Assembly (NCBI GenBank): GCA_002633005.1
Contig: NMRA01000795.1
Coordinates: forward strand, 64,328-128,327
Direction of reading: 5' to 3'
Length of the DNA: 64,000 bases
Origin: Phoronis australis
Lineage: Eukaryota; Animalia; Phoronida
The position numbers were made by a program, and so were the translations under genes. Under the pieces are notes generated by a model that ran no database searches, had not been told where the DNA came from, and saw only the letters and a list, made by a program, of their open reading frames with translations. Numbering within the stretch: the stretch's first letter is position 1; every line of letters begins with the position of its first letter. Shown piece by piece: positions 37,140-64,000 of this stretch.

Positions 37140-39768
37140 AATTAATTAATAGTTCATAACAGAGGTTCTGTCTAACACGCAGGTTACTGGTTTACAGCCT
37201 TACCAACATCAGAACTTTAATGACAATAATATCTTGATTTTACTCAGCGTGGATATCGATGGTAATCCTCAGATAGCAACAATTACACATTGCAGTTTCT
37301 CATTTAGCACCTTTAGTTTTTGCAATTTCATTTGTTTTTCCCATACTGTTACTTGTTTTCATCTTATTCTGTTTGTGAATGATAAAAAGCAATGTCTTTC
37401 AATTGACATGTTCTGATTTGTTACTGTCATGGTAGATGTCGCACAAGATCCTGTACCTGTATTATTGCCAGGTGAGAACATCTTCAGATTCAATTATTCT
37501 GTCCATGGCTGGTGATGCCTGTACAAATGAGGAATCTGTCCCGTAGTTACTAAGGAAGTGTGCTGGAGTCGCTAGTAACACGTCACATATGGTTTTATCT
37601 TGCTCCTTTTCTTTATATACTCAGTTTAGAAATGATCTCTGGACTCACGAAGAAAAGACAATTTGTTATTTATTCATTCCAAGCTTGGTCTGAGACAAAT
37701 AAGAACTTTAAAGCCATAAAATCCCTCCCAACTTGGTCTCTTCTATTGTTCCTTACTTGGATAAGAAGTGGTTTCTACGATTCCACAAAACGAAACACCG
37801 TGAGGAGGCATCTTGTACAGCCTGGTCTTCAGCAATAACCAGACCAAGACTGGTTTGAATAAATACAAAGAAACTTTTTTTTTCAAAGCCATGAAATCGC
37901 TTCCCATTAGACAAAGCAAAAATTTGTGGTCAGTTTGGTAACGGTAAGTGGTAAAAGTTAAAGGTTGGTTTTTGAGATAGAAGGCAGGTTTATGGGTGCT
38001 TCAATTTCTTTTCGGCTTCTGGGGACGGCTGGAATGTTTGGTGTGTACTATGCGCGCAATTTATTGGTTGATGATTAAGTCACTAAATGGCATTGTTTTG
38101 TATGTAATCCAATACTTAAGCATTGTTGCCTAATGAATTATTTTGCACAATTGACCACTGTCTGTTATAAGCATGTCTAATAAGCAACTGTGTTGTCAGT
38201 TTTGGCAATACGATTTGCTATTAATTTCCACTGGTCTCGATATTCACAATTTTGACAGGACATTCAACATGTATTCTGTTGGTGACTTTGTGCTGTTTTT
38301 GCCTGTGGAAAGACCAAGAGTAAGCAGTGGTCTTTTGATGGTTTATTATCGCATGCTACCGTGGTACGTTTCTGTTTTTCAAAGGTTTGTGAAGAAATAC
38401 TACTTCGTACAGATTTTGGGTTGACACGTTGTCGCTGACTTATGAGGTTGCATTTCTGATGGTATTGTCATATGATGGGCTGCATCTAGTTACTGCAGAA
38501 AAATATCTGCTCGGCATATACCTTGAAGATGATGTTGCTGTCTTGTAAGGCATTTAATGTGCACCAAAGTAATAAAATTAATAGACTTGCTGTTTGCAAT
38601 ATCATAAATAGGTGATAAGTTCAGTCTTGATGACAAGGTATGCCAGCCAAAACAGTCAAGACCAGTAGGACTCCACGTTATTAAGTACGGTAAAATTTCC
38701 TTAAATTTAAAGAAACAATGGCCAAAACAGTGTTTTGATTTTTCAAACGCTCACAGTATTGTCAAAAATGTTCAAAATTTCATCTGTTGACGACAGCCGT
38801 ACTATATGAAATTCAAATAATAAGTAAAATTGTCTTGCTTACTCTTCTTGAAATTTTGGATAAAATAGCTGTTTTGCCATATTGTTTTATAATTTAAAGA
38901 CATTTTACTATACTTCGAATTTACATCTTGTCAGTAATGCCTTTGGAAATGTGCAGTCCATAGAACGGACTTCGTCAAGTGCACTGCATTAAATTTTTGC
39001 AGGATTGCAAATGCATATAGTGTCTATTTTCTGGGTTTTTTCTGAATAGATCTCACTCAAATAAAGTTAAATATAATCATTAATACTTAATTTTTCGTTT
39101 CATCAATAACAATAAAAACCCAGTACACATTGTGCGTACTAAAATACTTTTAAGCAATAACAGTGTCTCGTGTTACATTGCCCAAGTGTCAGTAGTAGAG
39201 AAGCTAAGTCGAATACTTTAACTTGGATCAACTTCAAGGTAGTCATGGTAACGTAGGACCTCCTCAATAAGTCTGCGTGTTTAACCAAGTTAACTGAACA
39301 AGATTTTAACTAGTCGGTAAAAGTATATTTTTTCAGACAGTAGAAAGCCTGTTCAGAAAATCAGTTATCTTAATTGCAAATCTTATTAATTGGGTCATAT
39401 CTTTCTAGTATAATTTAGTGGTAAAAAACATTATAGTAAAACAACAGTATCATAACATGACCGTGGACCTTGAATATATATACATATATATCTATCAAAA
39501 TGCACAGACCTGTTGATAAAGTCCTGTACAACCTTGAATTAGAATGGGTTACACTAAATCGCCCAGAATTCCCCTGGCAGCCATATTGCTTCGGTAGCTA
39601 AAACTAAATGGTTATGAGAAGTAACAGTTCTGGTCCGAAGCAATAACAAAGGAAATTATTCTCAAGATTAGAAATTAATTTCGTAATGTTTTAAAGACTG
39701 GGGTTAAATCAAAAAGTTGCTTTGGTTTATTGCACCTTTGAGACTTGTGAACACGATGGTTACTCGAA

Positions 39769-47895
<8,127 letters not shown>

Positions 47896-48129
47896 GAGGA
47901 GAGGATGCAAGAAAACAACAATAAAACCGCATACTATGTGGACCACCATGAAACTCTCATACAGATGACAGGAAATAAGTTTAAGGTGCCATCTAGCGGT
48001 AATCTCAACACTTGTTTCCCAGCGGCTAACGTACTCTATTGCATGCCGCATACAAACACACGTACATAAATTCGTGCATTCACAAATACAAAAAAATTAA
48101 CCGAAGCCTTGTCGGATGAAGCAGAGTGT

Positions 48130-48830
48130 TAAATTGATAACAACAATAACAAGGAGTATTTACAAATGTACAGCTATATATAAAAGGTCAAAACGACATT
48201 TTAAAAATTAACAGGGAGCTACATTGTAACAAGGGAAACTAAACCCGAGACCAGAGACGTTAACACTGAAAACTTACATGAGGCAGTGTAATCTAGATCT
48301 TTAGGAATTGAACGTCCAGTGAAGTATGTACAGTAAAATAGGAAAAAAAATATGAACTGGACATACAGATTATGCATTTACCATAAAACTAGCTAACATA
48401 CAGGAGTACGATAGTTGCCTTAAAATGTAAAAAAGATATGTACAATATAAAACTAAAGTTTAGCTAATAAATAGTACGAGACTAATAAATAGTACGAGAT
48501 AAAAAAGAAAAAGTGAATAAACGGGTTATGATCATAGACAGGTCTCTAAGTTTCCGGATTCCGTGTTTGAAAGTTTGAATTGTTTTTGCCGGCGTTCAGT
48601 TTTGATGTGGTTGTCTATTGAGTTTTACAGTTTGGGTACTAAAAATCTAAAACTGTGCAGGCCATATTTTTGTTGTGTTGACGTTGGGAATACAAAGATT
48701 CATTAATCCTCTGTGGTTACATGGATTATCACGCGGATCAAAAGGTCACCGATGTAGTGATGGGGTTTGGTCGGATGAAGAGCTTTATCATTAAGTTGTA
48801 GGCGTCTATTATAAAGGGAAGCTTGATTTG
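48130..48830 (-). mobile_element. Possible CR1/L2-type LINE 3' relic
   Basis: Minus-strand SFRFLVPKL*NSIDNHIKT...QFK resembles the 'p.lWNsLp..ik....Fk' ORF2 terminus; heavily decayed. Confidence 0.3.
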
Positions 48831-49770
48831 TTTGTGCTAGTAAATCTTTATATTCAGTTCTACCATGAAATTGTAAATGATTTTGAGTGCATATTTGAAA
48901 GATTTTTTGTCGTATTTTTTAACAGAAATGCCAGACAATGTCACAGTAGTTGTAGTAGCTATTGATGAAAGCTTAATTTAAAAATCGTGACCCGGAGTCA
49001 TGAGAGAGAAGATTCTTTAGTTTTATTATGGCGATACGATATACCATTTATTTAACGTCAAGTTCCTTATGATAAAAGAAAACATTAGCCGTAGGTTAAT
49101 ACTACTGACATTGAAAAGACAAAAATAAAAATTAAGAAGAAAGAATGCAAGCGGCCTGATTTCTCTCGCTGGTTCCCTTGTATGGCACTGCTGTGCGTGA
49201 ATCCCGCTTAATCTCAAGGTCTCGTATGCGTGAACTTGGAATACAGGAGGAAACTTGACAATTAATTTAAATTCACTCAAATAATCACGTTCACGTTGAT
49301 AAAAGTTTGCACTGCACTAAATCGAATTACATGTTAACAAAAAACGTAAATTTGAACCAATCTTTTTCAAATGTTGGCGATCTCATTCACCAAACAATAA
49401 TTGACAGAGTATTAGCCAGGATTTTGCCCGTCAGACATTCACACCTCCGAATTGCCAAATGGAGACTGGGAGAGTTTTGGGGGACATGCCCCCTTGCCCC
49501 CTCTAAATCCCCCACTGCATTCACATATTCCTCAGATTCTTTGACACAAGTTACGCTAAAGGAGAAAATGGGTGATCATGAGGCTGATAATTACAAAAAT
49601 TCTTTACAAATGAATATTCATTTCCAAGTTCAAGCGTACACGATCTTCACTTTACATATATATATGCATGGAAAATGTGACCTTTGATCTTTGGTGTAAA
49701 CAAAACAATGGTGATTTCATCTGCAGCCAATCCGTGACTTCTTTGAGCGAATGAGCACATATCATTAGAG

Positions 49771-49981
49771 CATGGGCGCGCAGCACTGAAAAAAGTGGGG
49801 GGCTAAAGCCCCCTCAGCCCCCCTGTGGTGCACCGCCTATAGACCATGTGCGGCGTAGCGCTTAAAAAAGTGAGGGCTAAAGCCCCTCAGCCTCCCTGTG
49901 GTGCACCGCCTATAGACCATGTGCGGCGTAGCACTGAAAAAAGTGGGGGTTTTCACAGCCCCCTATGGTGCGCCGCCCATG
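49771..49981. repeat. ~73-bp tandem repeat, ~3 copies
   Basis: CATG(T/G)GCGGCGTAGC...AAAAAAGTG.GGG...CAGCC.CC...GGTGC.CCGCC.AT is repeated with period 73. Confidence 0.8.
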
Positions 49982-50588
49982 TACTAGGGACTTCGGGAAT
50001 GAAACTGGGTTCCCTATTATCGACGATTTGAAAACATTATTCTCGGCAAATGCTGTGTGGACTAAAAGTAAACACGATAGTTAAATCCGGATCTTTAATG
50101 AATGTGCTTTAATTAATCGAAACTTCGGGAATTTTGACGCGATTGGATATTCCAGCTGCTGGCTACTACACTAGACATAACGACGTGATTGCGTTATGCA
50201 TGCCTCTAACAACGGACAATTTTGGCAGTCTTTTTACAGAATCGAAACCTCGAACAATCTGCCTACTGGTCAGTTTTCATCTGGACATGCAGTGTGTAGA
50301 TGGCTGTGTAACCTGTCTTGTGGTGTCAGTCTAGATAGGCGGCAAAAGAAAAGTGTCTCATTACACTGAAAGTATATCCGTTACAGAGTACTCAGCGTAC
50401 TTTCAGCTTAAGCACACTTAAAATAAACTTTGCAGCTGCCCTTTCATTTATTTTGCCTATCCTCGTGCAATTTACATTCAATATGTGTGCACAGCAGAGA
50501 CTTTATGGTTCCGAAACATACAAGGATGTACAGCGTATTTTATGATCAAAAAACGTTAAAAGTGTTAAAAAGGCGCTCAAGATTGAGC

Positions 50589-51998
50589 TTACACTTCTGT
50601 CCGCCAGTCTTGTAATCTGGCGTAGGTGTTCTCGTCTTCACCAGCACTACAACACATCAAAAGCCGCCATCGTGAGGCGAAACTTTGCGCCTGCACAGAG
50701 GAAGTAGCACAGACCTTGACCACGTGACGATTCCGTCTGAATCGTGATTTCAAACGCTTGAAAAGTCCCTCGCGTTTTACAATGTTTGATTTATCTGTAA
50801 AATCACCGATAATCCTGTGGGTGTCCTCTGAATCAGAAGAAACGGCATCAAGAGGCACATCCACAAACGTCTTGTCGTCTTCTGAAGAAATGCCATCAAT
50901 TGTGTATGGCTTGTTGCTAATTTGCAAACTTGTTTTACTTTTACCGTTGTATTCAGTGTCCATTGAATAATCCCCACCAGCAAAACAAAAATCATACTGA
51001 GGCAACGTTGCAAAAGGAGACGATCTGCGTTCTTCTAGGCGAGCATCCTCAACCTCCCTTGGCTCGTTCTTATCTTGAAGGTATGTGGTATTAATTTCAT
51101 CATTACCGATTACGGACATATCAATATTCGTTGAAAAATGCAACGTCACATACGAAATGTGACTGTGAGGCCAGGTGGTGACACTAGAAGGTTTAATATC
51201 GTCCAGTGCCAGTGGCATGTCTTCACGCTTGCTGGGCAGACCACTGCTTTGAAATTTTATTTTGTCCTTCTCAAAAGTTTCATCTATTAACGTGTACTCT
51301 AAAAGATTTACACTACGAGACGAAATGGCATCTTGGGGAAACTTAGCGAAGCTGTGCAAATTTGCATCTTCTGGGCTTTTATCTTCGATGCTGCGTGATT
51401 AATTGCTGCACAGAGTCTCAGAAGTGGATCGTCGTGAGTCCTGTGTAAAAGTTTCCCCAATCGCAGAGGAAATTGTAGGCTCAGTCGAATCACTGAAATC
51501 TATCAGTGTGATGTCGTCCAAGTGGCGACCTCCAACGGATATACTTTCAGATTTCAGGACTTTCTCCTTGCTATCATCATTGTCAGCGAAATCAACAATA
51601 CTTGACGAATGCATGACTTCCTGTCGAACATCTTCAACGTAGCCTGACTTGTTTATGCCTTCCAGTTTACCGGCTTCTTTCTCTCCAGTACATGTATCAA
51701 TCATACACGTAGAGCTACGGCGGATGATTTCTGAAGCACCTATTTTAATAGAGAAAAAAGTTGCACCGTAAGGCAACCCATGGATATCACAATCTTCAGC
51801 GTCCGCAGGAATTTCCTCAATATTTCGTATTTCGATGCAGTTTTCTTCCTCGGGTGTAATAATAGGGATTTGACTTGCCAGTAACTCTGACAGCTCAGTC
51901 GTTCCATGGACATTCTTATTCAGCAATTCATCCTTGTCTGTGGAGATGTGGTAAACAAAGCAAGTACGTCCATTGGCGTATTTTCGGAAAAATTTCAA
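50589..51998 (-). pseudogene. Orphan acidic/Ser-rich reading frame (~470 codons) interrupted by one in-frame TAA at 51399-51401
   Basis: ORFs 51399-51998 and 50589-51359 are in the same frame and joined by 13 sense codons (SRSIEDKSPEDAN). Such a long open frame is unlikely by chance in AT-rich DNA. No recognisable domain; the 5' end is unresolved. Confidence 0.5.
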
Positions 51999-53991
51999 AA
52001 AAGTACAAGTATTTTCGGTACGGTTAGCGTGTCTTGAAAATCGGACGGACTCGTTTCATCATCCGTATGTAATGTGTTTTGAAGTAAAGATTTATTTTGG
52101 CGAGATATTATATTTTGGGTCTCGCGATTTCATCGGCTCAAATGACTATCATTTATCAAGATGTTCGTTGATTTTGCTGGTAATTGACAATTTAAACAAT
52201 TTGTGTTTGCCTAATGATAAATAAGTATAGAAGAATAAAATTCTTACCACCGAGATACAATTACATACATTAAAAACAACGAAAGTGTTTCTTTAAAATT
52301 TCACTAATATGTTTAAAAACCACATAAAATGTTTGACTGTTTCGGAAAATATGCCCGCCTTCTTTCCGAAAATACGGCTGACTGGCTACATAATCAACCA
52401 CCTCTCATCCTCTGTACCTGGACTTGAGAGAGCATAGTGATGAGCACACTGCACAGAGGCTGAAAACTGTTCAATCATGGGTTGTCGGAGCTAGGGAGCT
52501 TGTCGAAGAGGTATGTCCAGTGGAGAACATCAACAGGGCAATATTAGACGGCCCGGGCGGATTTGGCGGCCGAGCTGCCAAAAGAAGCTTCTCCCACACT
52601 TTTTTCGGGACAAGGGTGCGGTAATCTTTGAAAAATAAGTGGTCCCCCGGGTATCCCACGCGGATCCGCTAGTGGGTGACGGGGAAAAGTTGCTGTAGGG
52701 CGAGTAAACCACGAGAGAGCTCACCGCGTCCGCGAGCAAGTTGCCAGTCGTCCGGTCGGCGCCCGAGTTTTCCAAGGGGAGATTCGATTGCCGAACCCAT
52801 GCTCTGTGGCTACGTGCCCACATTACTATAGTTTACCGGATTTCGACTTGGGGGCAGATTTCGGAAAATTTGGAGTCCCTAGTTGATAGGAAGCTGGTGA
52901 GGCCCCCTCCCCACTACCTTAAATCGCCGTACATTCGGTGTTTTTTTTCTAGTTCTCACGTCTTTCGCTTCCGTATAAATTTTAGACGAAAAGGGCTTCC
53001 TTTCGTAGAGACTGAAATTGACCGGAAAAGTGACCTTTCCGGGCGGCACATGCCGTACACCCCACATATTGAAGTATCCCCCAGGCCTATCCCCCTTCTC
53101 AGTTTGGATGCAGGCTTCTCTAATACTTTCAATCGTAGCACATCGTGATCTACGTATCGAGTTGACGTGTTTTCCACAATTTCTCTGCGGGTGATACGTT
53201 CGTGACATTGGATGGTGCCATTTTGAAGATTCTTAGATAACCAACAGGAAAGACAGCAAACTGTTAGACCAATGTAACACTATTTGACATTTGAACAAAG
53301 AGGAACATTCGTTCATAGGGCATTGACAACTTATAAACAACACTGGGCAACGGTGCGGACTTCCGTTTTAGAAATATGCCATACGTGAACTGCTGTCATA
53401 TTAAGCTGTGAAACCATAGATTAAATATTTAATCTATGGTGAAACCTTCTCAATTCATCATGCAAACGTTACTGGTTAATGTTAATTTTTTATTTTTACT
53501 GTGTCAAGGTGCACTGAAAACAAAAGAAAAAAATGTCACTGTACTTTTTTTCTATGAGAAATGCATATATTTATGTAGACGAATTCGTTGTTTAGTGTTT
53601 GTAGGAAGGCAAGTTGGCTTTGAGAAAATTGTTACAGAAATAGAATCTGCCACAACGCACTACGAACATTTCCTTATACCTTGCCATTTGAGTCCAGACA
53701 GGAGCAGGTTTGAGATATAAAGTAAGACTTGTCTCGATTATTGAGAATTCAGTGTAGTTTAGGCATACACCATACAGAGGGAAGCAAAAAATCAATGTGA
53801 GATATGTTTTGGTAGGCCTACTATGGAAAGTCCAACGTTCTGTACTCTGTTCACTTTTGTAGCAGTAGGAATGAAATAAAGTCACATCCAAATCTGTGCA
53901 TTGTGTAATAGTCATGAGACATGACCAAAGCGGTTTGTAGCATAGTTTTTGCAAGCACAGTTCAGCCCTTGCAGTCAAGAGGAGGCACACA

Positions 53992-54110
53992 GAGCGACCT
54001 AGCATGATAAGTGTTGGTTTCCTTTACTCAGGGTCGTGGGTCGAGTACCACTGAGGCACATTGGTAGACCCTTGAATCAGATCTCAAGCTCCACAGCTCA
54101 GTTTAAGGTA
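53992..54110 (+). mobile_element. Second copy of the SINE-like relic
   Basis: GGTCGTGGGTCGAGTACC...GGCACATTGGTAGACCCTTGAATCAGATCTCAAGCTCC aligns by eye with 27240-27300. Confidence 0.4.
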
Positions 54111-54430
54111 TATTAATCAAGAGTAAAATGATTCCAGGTGATCAGTGAAATGGGCTCACTTAAGTGTCTTTGCAAGTCTGATCCAACGTGTACCAGACCG
54201 CCTGCAATTATTTTTGACATAAAATTTCACTAGTCCACTGCATTGGTGAGATTATGCTATTAAAGTAATTTTAAAAACTTGTACATAAGTAAGCACAAGT
54301 GTAAAATCAGGCAAATATACAACTCATTAAATTACAAAACAGGATCTTTATTGTAATCTTGTTTTAGGTTAGAACAAGGAAGCTAAGGAAGAGAGTGTGA
54401 GAATCAGAAGACAAGAGACAAATTCTAATG

Positions 54431-63212
<8,782 letters not shown>

Positions 63213-64000
63213 CTGCAACAATACACAGCGATGGATGAATGAATAAAGTTATGCAAAAAGTTTGCATCATTGTGATAGATTAAGCCGTTAAGGGCGTACC
63301 GGATTACACTGCGGCACTCAAATCTCGCTTTATTTACCCACCATGCCGCAAACATCTGTTAGGCACACTTTCTGCCTAGTTTTCGTGCCATTGAAATTCC
63401 ACATGTTATTTGTTGTCTGATTCTTTGCAAGTTTTTCTCTGCAGGATTACTCTATTCGTCCTTCCAATGCCAATGAAGTATTACTGCTGAGCTGTGGCTG
63501 CAACTCCAACATTAAAAAGTTTCGTAACTATCAAATACCCGTGGATGCATGATGTGAAGTTCTTCACCTTCACAATATCAATGAGACAAGAAAATGTGAA
63601 GCGAGTAAGTAAAACAAGTTTGTCGAGTTAATTTTGAACAGAGAAGAATTCCTTTTCTTGAAGACACCCATTCAATTACTGTACTAATTTTTAAATGGCT
63701 GAAAATGGGAATATTTCCACGGGCCCTCTCCGGTCTCCCACATGAACTGCGAAAAACATGCCTGATTTCCAAAACGAGGTGACACGCTTCCTTATTTCCG
63801 AGACAAAGGAGAGTTCTATCGTTATGTAATCTAGGACACCACCATCACATCTGAGTCTGACACAGCCACAGTTAAACCACCAGAAACTGCAATACCGATT
63901 CCAGTCTGATAATTTCGTTATTCACTCCTGGTCTAAATATCGTCAGAAAAACGCATTCCGAAGACAAAACAAAGAAATTGGCCTTACTAAGCCACTATCA

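Noticed and set aside
52424-53208. Overlapping GC-richer ORFs upstream of the orphan frame
   Set aside because: No recognisable homology and no convincing splice linkage; part of the region looks like an interspersed repeat.

Overview
AT-rich, intron-rich animal genomic DNA, probably a marine invertebrate. I hand-assembled five spliced genes with GT-AG introns and consistent phases. (1) KCTD10 (+, 4684-10090). (2) COX6A (-, 12560-21364), whose exon 2 appears twice. (3) A 392-aa gene (+, 21719/22714-36270) encoding only the clathrin heavy chain N-terminal beta-propeller and the start of the linker, ending in a clathrin-box-like LIDL-COOH. (4) METTL9 (-, 39769-47895). (5) The 3' 13 coding exons of SPG7/paraplegin (-, 54431-63212, continuing past the window). 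Between METTL9 and SPG7 is a ~1.4-kb acidic orphan reading frame broken by one in-frame TAA. Introns carry MITEs, SINE-, LINE-, Penelope- and Helentron-like relics and minisatellites. Two single-N joins (16633, 22600) are flanked by near-identical direct duplications that look like uncollapsed haplotypes. The best candidate for a novel system is the stand-alone 'mini-clathrin' terminal domain carrying its own clathrin box. All homology calls come from recalled sequences; no database search was run.
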